Shown: positions 17,273 to 29,300, counted from the stretch's first letter. The stretch is DNA of 64,000 nt from Cytophagales bacterium (GCA_013298025.1 JAAFJE010000004.1:178528-242527), one strand, 5' to 3'. The notes: a model not told the origin generated them from the sequence alone. Numbers and translations are program-made.

Positions 17273-19828
17273 ATGAAAAAACAAATACTTTTTAGCTATT
17301 TTAGTTGTCTTGCTCTGGGCGTTTATGCCCAAAAAACAGCCCCAAGTCAACAACCTAAAGATACCGTAACAGTACTTTCGGAAGTGGTTGTTACGGCATC
17401 TCGTTTGCCAATTGACGTAATGAAATCGCCTATTAGTATTGAACTATTAGATGCTAAAACGGCACAACAGCAAGGAGCCGCCAGCTATTTCGATGCCCTA
17501 GAACACATCAAAGGCGTACAATTATTGACTTCAAGTTTGGGGTTTAAGGTATATAATACCCGTGGGTTTGCCAATCCGACGAATGTAAGGTTTGTGCAAT
17601 TGGTTGATGGCATCGACAACCAAGCACCGCATATTGGTGCACCCATTGCGGGGGCATTAGCACCTTCTGATATTGATTTAGCAAAAGTCGAACTCATTCC
17701 TGGTACGGCATCAGCTTTGTACGGTATGAATGCCTTAAACGGCATGTTGAATATTTTAAGCAAAAGCCCGTTCACTTTTCAAGGGCTAACAGTGCAGCAA
17801 AAAACGGGCGTAAATCACCTTGGTGATGCTAATGCTTCGGCACAATTATTTGCTGAAACAGCACTGCGTTGGGCAAAAGCTTGGCAAAATCGCTGGGCTG
17901 TGAAAGTGAATTTTGCCTATACAAAAGGCTATGACTGGATTGCCGATAATACCCAAGATTTGAATCCTAATGGCAATATTTCGCTAGGCTTGACAGGCCA
18001 AGCCAATCCTGCCTATGATGCCATCAATAGTTATGGCAATGAATCGTCGAATAGAAAAACGTTGACTTTAGGAGGAAAACGCTATGCTGTTGCAAGAACA
18101 GGCTATTACGAAAAAGATATAGCAGATTTTAACATTCATAACCTTAAAGCAGACATAGGGCTGTACTACAAACCTACACCGCAAAGTGAAATCCAATACA
18201 CCTACAAAATAGGCACAATTGATAATGTGTATCAACGTACCAACCGTTTTCGCCTAGATAATTACCATATCAGTCAGCATAGTTTGGTCTTCAAAAACAA
18301 ATCGTTGGTACTGAAAGCCTACCTTACTACCGAAGATACAGGCGACTCGTACAACATTCGGTCGATGGCAGAAAATATAGACAAAGCCTACAAAACAGAT
18401 GACCAATGGTTTAAAGATTTCACAACAGCCTTCAATACCGCTAATGGTCAGGGAAAAACCACAGCAGAAGCCCTGAGCCTTGCTCGAACACAAGCCGATG
18501 CGGGTCGTCCGCAACCGCACACAGCGTCGTTTAATGAATGGATACAAAAATTGAGTAAAATCAACAATTGGGACATTGGGGCTGCACTGCAAGTAAAATC
18601 GTGGTTGTATCATGCCGAAGGGCAATGGGATATGACGGAAAGCCTGTTACAAACTTTGCACCAAAAAACAGGCATAAATATTTTGGCTGGTTTCGATTAT
18701 CGCAGCTATGAGGTGTATCCCGATGGCAATTACTTTATCAATCCTATCGAAGCAAATAAAAACCTCACGTATGTAAAATATGGGGCATTTTTACAAGTGA
18801 CGCAGGCATTTTTTAACGAAAAACTTCAACTAAATCTAAGTGCAAGAGCCGACAAGAACCAGTATTTCGACTGGCAGTTTAATCCTCGGATGGCATGGGT
18901 TTACTCGCCTACGCACGACCACCATATTCGTTTGTCGTATCAAAATGGGTATCGTTTTCCCAGTTTGTTTGAAGCATTTTCTAACGTTAACAGTGGAGGC
19001 GTGAAAAGGGTAGGTGGCTTGCCTTTGATGTCGCAAGGAATTTTTGAAAACTCGTATTTCAAAACCTCCATAGATGCTTTTCAAGCGGCTGTTACGAGCG
19101 ATGTCAATACCAAAGGTCTTAGTACCGCCGAAGCCATTCGTCAGAACAAAGGGTTATTGATAAAAAACGATTATACATACATCAAACCCGAGCAAGTGAA
19201 TAGCTTTGAAATAGGTTACAAAGGCAATTGGCTACAAAAACGGCTGTTGGTCGATATAGATTTTTATTACAATATTTACCAAAACTTTATGGCACAAGTA
19301 GAAGCTTCTGTGCCTAAAACCTCATCCTCCAATACCGATACCATTGCTACTTATCTGAACGACAGAAGTAAGCAAGACCGCTATCGTTTGTGGACTAATT
19401 CTAAAAGTAAGGTATATAATTATGGGGCAAGTATTGGGCTACGTTACCAGTATCGTAATTATATTGTAGAAAGTAATCTTTCTTATGCCAAACTCGATCG
19501 CAAAGAAAGCAATGACGGCTTAGAAGAAGCCTTCAATACGCCACAATGGATAGCAAATATTGGCATAAGTAACCGTAAAATTTGGCAAAACCTTGGGGCT
19601 GGTATCAGTTTCAAATGGCAAGATGCCTTTATTTGGCAGTCGTCATTGGCTACAGGCAATGTGGCGGCGTATCATACCATTGATGCCCAACTGACCTACA
19701 GCGTACCTAGCCAAAAACTTGTGGTAAAACTAGGCGGTAGCAATATTACCAACCAGTATTATTACAATTTTTTGGCAGGACCAAGTGTAGGAGGTTTGTA
19801 TTATATAAGTATTACGGCAAACCTTTAG
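17273..19828 (+). CDS. TonB-dependent receptor
   Basis: Signal peptide, TonB box (EVVVTASR), plug (GTASALYGMNA), C-terminal beta strand; start MKKQ at 17273. Confidence 0.92.
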   Translation: MKKQILFSYFSCLALGVYAQKTAPSQQPKDTVTVLSEVVVTASRLPIDVMKSPISIELLDAKTAQQQGAASYFDALEHIKGVQLLTSSLGFKVYNTRGFANPTNVRFVQLVDGIDNQAPHIGAPIAGALAPSDIDLAKVELIPGTASALYGMNALNGMLNILSKSPFTFQGLTVQQKTGVNHLGDANASAQLFAETALRWAKAWQNRWAVKVNFAYTKGYDWIADNTQDLNPNGNISLGLTGQANPAYDAINSYGNESSNRKTLTLGGKRYAVARTGYYEKDIADFNIHNLKADIGLYYKPTPQSEIQYTYKIGTIDNVYQRTNRFRLDNYHISQHSLVFKNKSLVLKAYLTTEDTGDSYNIRSMAENIDKAYKTDDQWFKDFTTAFNTANGQGKTTAEALSLARTQADAGRPQPHTASFNEWIQKLSKINNWDIGAALQVKSWLYHAEGQWDMTESLLQTLHQKTGINILAGFDYRSYEVYPDGNYFINPIEANKNLTYVKYGAFLQVTQAFFNEKLQLNLSARADKNQYFDWQFNPRMAWVYSPTHDHHIRLSYQNGYRFPSLFEAFSNVNSGGVKRVGGLPLMSQGIFENSYFKTSIDAFQAAVTSDVNTKGLSTAEAIRQNKGLLIKNDYTYIKPEQVNSFEIGYKGNWLQKRLLVDIDFYYNIYQNFMAQVEASVPKTSSSNTDTIATYLNDRSKQDRYRLWTNSKSKVYNYGASIGLRYQYRNYIVESNLSYAKLDRKESNDGLEEAFNTPQWIANIGISNRKIWQNLGAGISFKWQDAFIWQSSLATGNVAAYHTIDAQLTYSVPSQKLVVKLGGSNITNQYYYNFLAGPSVGGLYYISITANL

Positions 19829-19840
19829 TTGATACCAACA

Positions 19841-19872
19841 AAAAGACTACACCAACACAAGTGTAGTCTTTT
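19841..19872. terminator. bidirectional terminator
   Basis: AAAAGACTACAC-N8-GTGTAGTCTTTT between convergent genes. Confidence 0.75.
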
Positions 19873-19894
19873 GGGCAAAAAAGTAAGCCAAATG

Positions 19895-20371
19895 CTATTC
19901 GGTAGCACCTACAGGTTTGAAATTCCCGTGTTTAAGCAATTCATTTTCAGGCTCATAAGGACATACTTCGAGAATGGTTGTAATGTTTATATCCGTAATC
20001 TGATAGTCGTTGAGCGAACCCAAATTTTTCTTTAAGAGTGCATATACTTCGCCAGGGTCGTTGGCATTGATAAGCATAAAGTGAGCCGTTTTCTTTTCTT
20101 TTTGTGATTTTTCGTCGAAAGAAATATACTGTACTTTGGCTTTAAACCACGTTTCAGCCCCATTTTCTTCAAAAAATACTTCGCTTAACTTCATTTTACT
20201 GAGGTTTGTAATCTGAAAATCGGGCGTATTGCTGGCTACAATTTCAAAAACTCTTGCTTCTGCATCGGTGTAGGAAACCGCATCAATCAAATACGCTTCG
20301 TTGATGGTTTTCAATGAACCTGCCTCGTCTTCTCGTTGGTAACGAATCTTCGCCAAATACCAAGTTGCCAT
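19895..20371 (-). CDS. DUF4494 domain protein
   Basis: W...KIRY...E.YLIDAVSYTDAEAR...WFKAKV pattern of the Bacteroidota DUF4494 family. Confidence 0.85.
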   Translation of the reverse strand: MATWYLAKIRYQREDEAGSLKTINEAYLIDAVSYTDAEARVFEIVASNTPDFQITNLSKMKLSEVFFEENGAETWFKAKVQYISFDEKSQKEKKTAHFMLINANDPGEVYALLKKNLGSLNDYQITDINITTILEVCPYEPENELLKHGNFKPVGATE

Positions 20372-20742
20372 GTCGTGTTATGTTTAGGTTGATTGTTCAA
20401 GTTTGCAAAGCTATCAAGTTTTCAGAAAAAATACTTTGGCAAGAAGAGATAATTTTTAAACCAAGGCTTGTTTGAATCTGCCATTTGTATTGTATTTTTG
20501 GATAAAAGCTCATCGTTTATCAGCTTCTCGGAAGAGCATCTGAACGATTAGTTTAAAAATTAATACAAAAAAATTATAAGTAAAATTACTTATTTTTTAC
20601 AGTAAATCTTTTTCAAGTATAAAAAACTATTTAAAAAGTTGTAAAATTTTTATATTTTCAAAATAATGTTTGGTAAAACGATTTTGAAACAAAATATAAT
20701 TTTATTAAATTAGGTTTTACTTTCTGAACAAAACACTCAACA

Positions 20743-22179
20743 ATGCCTATGAATTTCAGCTTCCAAAACTACAACACAGAGGGATTTTACGACGAAATGT
20801 TCGACGCTGAGGGCAATGTACGCATGGGGTACGAGGCATTTAAAGAGCGTGTAGAACAACTAGGGGTGGACGAATTTGTGCGCCGTCATCATGCTGCCGA
20901 GCGGGCATTAATGGCTATGGGGATTACGTTCAATGTGTATTCTGAAAACGAAGGCACAGAGCGTATCATGCCAGTAGATATTATTCCAAGGGTGGTATCG
21001 GCCGACGATTGGAATAAAACAGAAAAAGGCTTGGTACAGCGTATTACGGCACTCAATTTGTTTTTAGATGACCTTTACAACGAGCAAAAAATTCTCAAAG
21101 ATGGCATCGTGCCAAGAGAATTGATTGAATCGTCTAAAAACTTTCTGAAGCCTTGTATTGGCATGAAGCCGCCCAAAGGAATATGGATTCATATTACGGG
21201 AACCGACTTGATTAGAGGCGACGATGGGCAGTTTATGGTATTAGAAGACAACCTTCGATGCCCGTCGGGGGTGAGTTATATGCTCGAAAATCGTGAGTTG
21301 CTCAAACGTACTTTTCCCGAAGTATTGGGCGAAACACGTGTACAGCCTATTTCCGATTATCCTACTCGTTTGTTGCAGATGTTGCAATACATCAGCGACC
21401 GCCCCAACCCTACGGTGTGCGTACTTACGCCAGGTATTTACAATTCTGCTTACTTCGAGCATTCGTATTTGGCCCAACAAATGGGCGTTGAATTGGTTGA
21501 CACCCGTGACTTGGTGGTGCATGATGGCTACGTAAAAATGCGTACAACCAAGGGCTTTCAGATTGTAGATGTGATTTATCGCCGCATCGACGATACATTC
21601 TTAGACCCACACACGTTTAATCCTCAGTCACTTATCGGTATTCCGGGCTTGATGGATGTGTATAAAGCTGGGCGTGTAGCCTTGGCTAATGCACCGGGTA
21701 CAGGCGTTGCCGACGACAAGGTAATTTATGCTTATGTGCCACGCATCATCAAGTATTACCTCGGCGAAGACCCTATTATTCCAAATGTGCAAACCTATAT
21801 TTGCGGTGAAGAAGACGACTGTAAATATGTACTGGAAAATATCGAAAAATTGGTGGTGAAAGAAGCCAACGAAGCAGGTGGCTACGGTATGTTGATTGGT
21901 CCAAAATCGACCAAGGCCGAGCAACAACTTTTCAGGGATAAAATCAAAGAAAATCCACGGAACTACATTGCTCAACCAACCATTTCGTTGTCACGTGTGC
22001 CTTGTTTGATAGAAGACCATCCAGAAGGTCGTCACGTGGACTTGCGTCCTTATATTTTGTATGGCAACGGCGTACAAGTAATTCCGGGCGGTCTTACCCG
22101 TGTGGCACTTCGCAAAGGGTCGTTGGTTGTAAACTCATCGCAAGGTGGTGGGTCGAAAGATACGTGGGTCTTGTACTAA
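20743..22179 (+). CDS. circularly permuted type 2 ATP-grasp protein
   Basis: GITFNVY, LEDNLRCPSGVSYMLENR, YRRIDD, NAPGTGVADDK, RHVDLRP, VVNSSQGGGSKDTWV. Confidence 0.93.
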   Translation: MPMNFSFQNYNTEGFYDEMFDAEGNVRMGYEAFKERVEQLGVDEFVRRHHAAERALMAMGITFNVYSENEGTERIMPVDIIPRVVSADDWNKTEKGLVQRITALNLFLDDLYNEQKILKDGIVPRELIESSKNFLKPCIGMKPPKGIWIHITGTDLIRGDDGQFMVLEDNLRCPSGVSYMLENRELLKRTFPEVLGETRVQPISDYPTRLLQMLQYISDRPNPTVCVLTPGIYNSAYFEHSYLAQQMGVELVDTRDLVVHDGYVKMRTTKGFQIVDVIYRRIDDTFLDPHTFNPQSLIGIPGLMDVYKAGRVALANAPGTGVADDKVIYAYVPRIIKYYLGEDPIIPNVQTYICGEEDDCKYVLENIEKLVVKEANEAGGYGMLIGPKSTKAEQQLFRDKIKENPRNYIAQPTISLSRVPCLIEDHPEGRHVDLRPYILYGNGVQVIPGGLTRVALRKGSLVVNSSQGGGSKDTWVLY

Positions 22180-22343
22180 AGATGGGTCTATCAAGTTAGT
22201 GAATGAGCGAGTTGTGAATGAAGTTTTTTGCTTTCAAATCAGTATTCGTGCAAATGTAATTTTGGTTAAAAAATCATAAATCACCGAAAATAAAAACACT
22301 AACTCACAATTGACAATTCACCATTTCACATTGACAGCTTAAT

Positions 22344-22384
22344 AAAAAACCGATGGTAAGTTGATGACTTGCCATCGGTTTTTA
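22344..22384. terminator. bidirectional terminator
   Basis: AAAAAACCGATGGTAAGT...ACTTGCCATCGGTTTTT. Confidence 0.75.
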
Positions 22385-22393
22385 TGTTATACC

Positions 22394-25300
22394 TTAAAAA
22401 CGATACGCTTTTGCTGCCACTTGGTTGATACCAAAAATAAGGCTTTGGTTCAGTTGGATAATAGAACGCACATCGCCTTTCAATTTCAATCCTGTGGTTT
22501 TTTGCGAAAGATAGGTGAAATCACCTTTGCCATTTCCCTGTAAAACCATACCATAGTTTGCATCATATTTACCCATTTTTAAACGGGTAATATTCTGGTT
22601 TCCAGCCAAAATGAGGTCTTTTGTTCCATCTTTATTCACATCTATAACTTTTATGGCATGAATAGGAGAGAATTGCACTGCTAAAGGCAAGCTTTTTTCT
22701 ATAAATTTTCCTTGACTACTCATGCTAAAATAGCTTGTTTTGAAATCATTCGCCACGAGTTTTTTAGCACCTTCCAATTCTTTTGCATCAAAAATATCGT
22801 GAAGCGTAGCATTGGCATAGCTTTCGTAGTTGGTAAATAGTTTTCTTTTGGCAGTGATTTGTTCCAACAACTCATCTCTGGTAAGATACGGGTACGATTT
22901 TCCTTGGATGTAAAAGCATAAAATAGGGTCGATTGTTCCGTTTTGGTCGAAATCGTTATAGTACAATTCGGCAGGCTCTTGCCATGAAGCTTTACATTGG
23001 CTATTCAGCCCTAGGTTTCCTATCAATATATCGGGTTTGCCGTCTTTGTTCAAATCATCGACCAGTAAGGTATTCCACCAGCCTTGGTAATTTTTATCAA
23101 AATACTGATTGGTCACATTCTCTCCATCGTTCATACTAAAAACCGAAATGGGCATCCATTCTCCCACAACAATCAATTCTACTTTTTTATCTTGATTTAA
23201 GTCCACAAATGCGGCATCACTCACCATCCCTACATATTGCAAGGCTGGAGGAGTCTGTTCTTTAAATGAACCATTTCCTTGATTGATAAGCACATAACTT
23301 CTTGGCGTTTCGGGATAACGCCCTGGCACGACTCTCCCTCCAACAAACAAATCAGGCTTGCCATCGAGGTTTACGTCGCCTACGCTTACACAACCCGTGC
23401 TGATAGGCATAGCAGGCAATGCCTTTGCACTTAGGCTTAAATTTCCTTTGCCATCGTTTAAAAACAGTTGGTCTTGCAAAATGGGGTCGTTTGGAGCGAA
23501 CTGTCGATAACCGCCGTAGCCCACATATAAATCGAGGTATCCATCAGCGTTGGCATCAAAGAAAACCGCCGCACTTACATCGGCATTGGTTGGCGTAGCT
23601 AGTTGTTGTTGCTTGAATCCTTGTGTGCTGGTTTGGATAAAATAGGCACTACTATTGCCAAAATAGCCTCCTACAAACACATCTTCCAAGCCATCTTTGT
23701 TTATATCGGCTGTACGCATGACAGGCCCAACAAACGACATAGCTTGTGGAAGCAGCGACTGGCGTTTAAAGTCGTTTTGTGCCATCGTGGTTACTTTGGT
23801 TGGTAAAGGCGAGGTGATTTCTGTAAATAACGTTGGCGATGGCGTTGCTGGTATTGCATTCAATTGGGCTTGCTGTTCGTCCAATACCAAGGTTTGGTCT
23901 AGGGTTACATTTTTTCTTATTTCTTTTTTACCACTATTCCAAACAACAACAAGCGAATCTATTTGTGTATCCTTACCCAAGCCGAAGTGCAAGTCGAAAC
24001 CAACATTTGATTGAAACCCTCTTGTTGGCATTTGTTCTTGGTACTGCATTTTACCTGCACTGTAAACACGTACTTTTGCTCCAATGCCTTGGGTATTTTG
24101 TTTTGCTCCTTTTAGCTGTACGTTCAAGAAATGGTGTTGTAGTTGTTGATTACTTTCATTTTGGTAAATAAAAGCAGGTAAATTGATATTGTTCACAACC
24201 AAATCTAAGTCGCCATCTTTGTCGAGGTCGGCATAGGCCGCTCCACTGCTATTAGACGTTTGCCCGAGTCCCCACGCCTGGGTTTGGTTGGTAAATTGTA
24301 AATTCCCTTGGTTTTGAAAAAGGTAATTTACAACATTAGACGAAGGCATTTTTTTGACCAATTCCAATACATCTTCTCGTTGAAACCCACCCTGTTTTTG
24401 TTTGATAAAATCGTCCATGTATTTCAAAAAGTCGAGGTTGGTATAATCGTGCAAATAGCCGTTGGTCACATATAAATCTTTCCAACCATCGTTGTCATAA
24501 TCAGCAAATAAAGCCGACCAACTCCAGTCGGTATTAGAAATGCCTGCCAATTGCCCAATCTCACTAAAAGTGCCATTGCCTTGATTGAGGTGCAGCATAT
24601 TACGCATAAACTGGGAATGAAAACCCGACTGTACGTTCAAATCAAACTTATAATAATTGTCGGGTGCCATCAAAAGTTTTTGTCTGCGGTTATCTTCTGG
24701 CAGCATATCGAGGGTAAAAATATCGGGCAGTAAATCGTTATTGATGTCGGCTACATCGTTGCCCATCGAAAAGTTAGAGGTATGTCCGAGTTGTTCTAAA
24801 CTTACCTCCGTAAATTTTCCGTGCTGGTTGTTGAGGTACAGGCGGTCGGGAACAGCGTAGTCGTTGCTCACATAAATATCGGGCCATCCATCTTGGTTGA
24901 CATCGGCAATACCCGCTCCAAGTCCATACGACAAAGCCGAGCTTTGAATGCCCGCCTCACGGGTTACATCTCTGAAATAGCCATTATCATTTACATAAAA
25001 CCTCGACCCACTCACGGCATCGTCTATTTGCAACATAGTTTTGGTATCGGTGAGGTTCAAGACAGGCAACGATTTGGTATTATGATTGAGCAGAAAAACG
25101 TCGAGGTCGCCATCTTTATCGGCATCAAAAAAATACGCATTGGTACTAGACGCTGGGCTATCGAGTCCATAGCGAGCGGCTTCTTCCGTAAAAGTAGGAA
25201 TCCCCTGTGCATTGTTTCCTTGGTTGATGAAAAGTTCGTTTACTTTCTTTTCTGGATGCAAGTTTCCCGAATGACACACATAAATATCTAGTTTGCCATC

Positions 25301-25684
25301 GGCGTTAATGTCAACCATTGTAGTACCTGTTTTCCATGGGCCAGGTCGGCCAGCTACGCCTGCTTGTGCCGTGATGTCGGCAAACTGCATATTTTTTTGA
25401 TTGAGGTACAAGCGATTTTCCTGCATATTACTGGTAAAATACAGGTCGTCGTAGCCATCGCCATTGACATCCCCTACGGCAACACCACCGCCATTGTAAA
25501 AATATTCGTACATCAATACATTGGTATTGAGTCCTTCTTCGATTACATTCTGAAAGTCGATATGGGTTTGTTCGGGGGAAAGCAACGTAAACAAATTGTC
25601 GGTTGAAGCCGTATGGTCTGCGGTATTACATTGGCTACATGTAATACCCAAAAGCATTGCAATACCAAGTTGTTTGATTTTCAT
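22394..25684 (-). CDS. VCBS/FG-GAP repeat lipoprotein with ASPIC/UnbV domain
   Basis: Lipoprotein signal, many DxNxDG repeats, central N..GIGAKV...HFGLG (ASPIC/UnbV). Confidence 0.9.
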   Translation of the reverse strand: MKIKQLGIAMLLGITCSQCNTADHTASTDNLFTLLSPEQTHIDFQNVIEEGLNTNVLMYEYFYNGGGVAVGDVNGDGYDDLYFTSNMQENRLYLNQKNMQFADITAQAGVAGRPGPWKTGTTMVDINADGKLDIYVCHSGNLHPEKKVNELFINQGNNAQGIPTFTEEAARYGLDSPASSTNAYFFDADKDGDLDVFLLNHNTKSLPVLNLTDTKTMLQIDDAVSGSRFYVNDNGYFRDVTREAGIQSSALSYGLGAGIADVNQDGWPDIYVSNDYAVPDRLYLNNQHGKFTEVSLEQLGHTSNFSMGNDVADINNDLLPDIFTLDMLPEDNRRQKLLMAPDNYYKFDLNVQSGFHSQFMRNMLHLNQGNGTFSEIGQLAGISNTDWSWSALFADYDNDGWKDLYVTNGYLHDYTNLDFLKYMDDFIKQKQGGFQREDVLELVKKMPSSNVVNYLFQNQGNLQFTNQTQAWGLGQTSNSSGAAYADLDKDGDLDLVVNNINLPAFIYQNESNQQLQHHFLNVQLKGAKQNTQGIGAKVRVYSAGKMQYQEQMPTRGFQSNVGFDLHFGLGKDTQIDSLVVVWNSGKKEIRKNVTLDQTLVLDEQQAQLNAIPATPSPTLFTEITSPLPTKVTTMAQNDFKRQSLLPQAMSFVGPVMRTADINKDGLEDVFVGGYFGNSSAYFIQTSTQGFKQQQLATPTNADVSAAVFFDANADGYLDLYVGYGGYRQFAPNDPILQDQLFLNDGKGNLSLSAKALPAMPISTGCVSVGDVNLDGKPDLFVGGRVVPGRYPETPRSYVLINQGNGSFKEQTPPALQYVGMVSDAAFVDLNQDKKVELIVVGEWMPISVFSMNDGENVTNQYFDKNYQGWWNTLLVDDLNKDGKPDILIGNLGLNSQCKASWQEPAELYYNDFDQNGTIDPILCFYIQGKSYPYLTRDELLEQITAKRKLFTNYESYANATLHDIFDAKELEGAKKLVANDFKTSYFSMSSQGKFIEKSLPLAVQFSPIHAIKVIDVNKDGTKDLILAGNQNITRLKMGKYDANYGMVLQGNGKGDFTYLSQKTTGLKLKGDVRSIIQLNQSLIFGINQVAAKAYRF

Positions 25685-26370
25685 ATTCGGGAATAAAAGA
25701 TAAAAACGATAAGCGTGCCTTGTCAGGGAAGTTTATTCCCTGATAGCATCATTGAAAAGAGTCACTAGAAAAAATCCACACAATAAGTTTGCTAGATAAA
25801 AAAGAATCACTGGATTATCAAAGAAAATATGCTAATTATTCTTTAGAAAATCAAAAAACATACGGCTATGCTATTTACGGGTATTTTGTACAAGTATTTT
25901 ATTTGAATACAAGACTTAATAACCGTTCTACCTACTTAATAATAGTACTTTAGTAATCTTTTTTCAACATTTATGCCATTTAAGTATAACTTTATCAAGA
26001 AATAGACACAAATGCTTGGGTAGAATATTTATATTATATATTGATTTTGTGCAAACATTTGCACTTGTGATTTTACCCTAAAATGAGGTATAAATCTATG
26101 AAAAGTTATAAACAATAACCTGTAAAGTACAAAAATGTAGAAATCCATCTTGTATTGTTTGTACAATAAATGCAATTTGCGGGTAAAACTAAAAGAAATC
26201 CAAAAACACAATTGTAATTGCTTGTTCACGATGGCAACCCTGCCATATTATTGCAGACCCAATACTATGAAAAACCATGATACCTGCCCGTTCACGACTG
26301 GATGAAGCCCATTCAGTACAATCGTCATCTCCCTCAGTTCCGATATTAAATATATAATGAAAGACAAATT

Positions 26371-29300
26371 ATGATAATGTTTTATCAATGGAAGCATCAA
26401 TGTGCAAAAGTTACTTTTTTCGCTTTGATGTTGATGATTACTCTCTCCGCTCAAACCTTTGCTCAAAAAGTAAAAGGTAAAGTGACCGACGACAAAGGGC
26501 TGGGCCTACCGGGTGCCAATATTTTGGTAAAAGGTACTAGCACAGGAACGACCTCCGATGCCAACGGTTTTTACAGTATCTCGGCCGATAAAAAAGCCAC
26601 GCTCGTGATTTCTTCCGTGGGCTTTTTAACGCAAGAAGTAGATATTAATAACCGCTCTACGGTAGATGTTACGCTGGCAACAGATGTAAAATCGCTTGAA
26701 GAAGTCGTAGTGGTAGGGTATGGTACACAAAAGAAAGTAACCGTAACAGGTGCTGTTGTGGCTGTACAAGGCGATAAAATTATCAAGTCGCCTGCGGTTG
26801 ATATTTCAAACTCCTTGGCAGGGCGTTTACCTGGTTTGGTGGTTATCCAAACTAGCGGTGAACCCGGATACGACGGTGCTACCATCTCTATTCGTGGTAC
26901 GAATACCCTAGGCAATAACAGCCCGTTGGTTGTAATCGACGGTATTCCTGACCGTGATGGCGGTTTGGGTCGTTTAAGCCCAAGAGATATTGAATCTATT
27001 TCAGTATTGAAAGATGCCTCTGCGGCAATTTATGGTGCTCGTGCAGCGAATGGGGCTATTCTTGTAACGACCAAAAGAGGTAAAACAGGTAAGCCTACCA
27101 TCACGTATGATATGAACACAGGGTGGAGCCAGCCGACTCGTTTGCCTGAAATGGCTAATGCCGTTGAGTATGCCAAAATCATGAACGAAATTGGTATTTA
27201 TAAAAATATTGCTGTAAGCGAATGGGGTGCCGCATGGAAGGGTATTCAGACCAATGGCACATACAAAGCTACCAATGGCTCTACTGTAAATGCTAATTAT
27301 AGTCCAGAAGCAGTACAAAAATATGCCGATGGCTCGGACCCTTGGCGTTACCCAAACACCGACTGGTTTAAAGATGCTTTCAAAACTTGGTCGCCTCAAA
27401 CACGCCATAACTTGCAGTTGTCGGGTGGTACTGAATCGTTGAGATATATGGCTTCGTTGGGCTATGTTTCACAAGATGCGTATTACAAAAATTCGGCAAC
27501 AAGCTATAGCCAATATAATTTCCGTACCAACCTCGATGCCAAAGTAAGTAAGTACATCAGTACCAATTTGGGTATCATGGTACGTAGAGAATTACGTAAA
27601 TTTCCAACCGAAAGTGCGGGTTCTATTTTCCGTATGTTGATGCGTGGCCGCCCGACTGAGCCAGAAGTTTGGCCAAATGGTTTGCCAGGCCCAGATATTG
27701 AAAACGGTCAAAACCCTTATGTGATTACGACCAATGCTACGGGGTATATCGAAAACCCAGTTGACTATGTGCAATCGAATGGCTCGGTAGTTATTACAAA
27801 CCCTTGGGTTGAGGGCTTAAAACTTACTCTATCAGGTGCAATTGACAAAAACTCAGGTACAAACAAAGTGTGGCAAACGCCTTGGACATTGTATTCTTGG
27901 GACAAAAAAACCTTCCAGTCGGATGGTGTAACGCCTTTGTTGGTTGGTGCGGTACGCTCTAATTTCAAAGACCCACGCCTTACACAATCGTATAGCACGA
28001 CGTTGAATACCAACCTCACGGCTATGTTGAATTATGACACCAAATTTGGGAAAGACCACAGTTTGAGCGTATTGGCAGGGGTAACACGTGAAACGTTTGC
28101 TGGTGAAGGCTTCTTTGCTTATAGACGTAACTATATTTCTTCGGCAGTTGACCAATTGTTTGCTGGAGGTTCTTTACAACAAAATACTGGCGGTAGTGCC
28201 TACAACCGTGCTCGTTTGGGCTATTATGGTCGTGTGCAATACAACTATAAAGAAAAATACTTGTTAGAGTACATTTGGCGTTACGATGGCTCGTATATAT
28301 TCCCCGAAGCACACCGCTTTGGCTTCTTCCCTGGTTTATTGTTGGGTTGGAACATCACCAACGAGGATTTCTTCAAAGTAAAAGGGATTGATAATTTGAA
28401 ATTGCGTGCTTCTTACGGACAAATGGGGAATGACCAAGTGTTCTATAATGGAGCATTACAAGAGTACGCTTATTTGTCAACATTTGGTTTCGGACAATAT
28501 CCAATCAACAACCAAGTGGTAACAACCCTGCAAGAAACGGTATTAGCAAACCCCGACTTTACTTGGGAAAAAGCCAACAACTACAACATCGGTTTGGATG
28601 GTTCATTCTTGAATAATCGTATTGATTTGACATTTGAGTACTTCTACAATAGAAGAAACCAAATTTTGATTCAAAAAACTGGTTCAACTCCTTCGTCGTC
28701 GGGTATCAACTCATTGCTTCCGCCTGTCAATGCTGGTATTGTTGATAACAAAGGTTTTGAATTTGCCTTGGGTTATAATGCCAAACCAACCAAAGATATG
28801 TCGATTAGAGCTGCCATCAATGGAGGTTATGCTAAAAACAGAGTTGTATTTATGGACGAAATCCCTGGTGCACCTAGCTACCAGTTACAAGAAGGTAAAC
28901 CTATCGGTGGCTACTTGGTGTATCAATATGATGGCGTATTCAAAGATGTAGCTGAAATTGATGCCAACAAACTTGATTACTCTTCTGTTACATCGAAGCT
29001 TATTCCTGGCGATATGAAGTTTAAAGATGTGAATGGCGATGGAAAAATTAATGCTGATGACCAGATACGTTTAGACGAAAATGCTACTCCAACTTTCAAC
29101 TTTGGTGCAACATTCGACCTACGTTACAAAGGCTTCGATTTGAATATTTTATTCCAAGGTGCTACAGGTTCTTCTATTCGTATTCAGACAGAATCGGGTG
29201 ATATTGGTAACTACTTGAAATATTTCAACGACAACAGATGGACTATCGACAACCCAAGTGGTGTGCATCCTCGCTTGGCAAGTAGAGGCGATACCTACTT

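Noticed and set aside
26231-26374. Chain of mini-ORFs in the susC leader (MATLPYY... 24 aa with ATGA overlap to MKPIQ... 15 aa; MKDKL overlapping the susC start)
   Set aside because: No attenuator hairpins or codon bias seen; expected by chance in a long leader without conservation data
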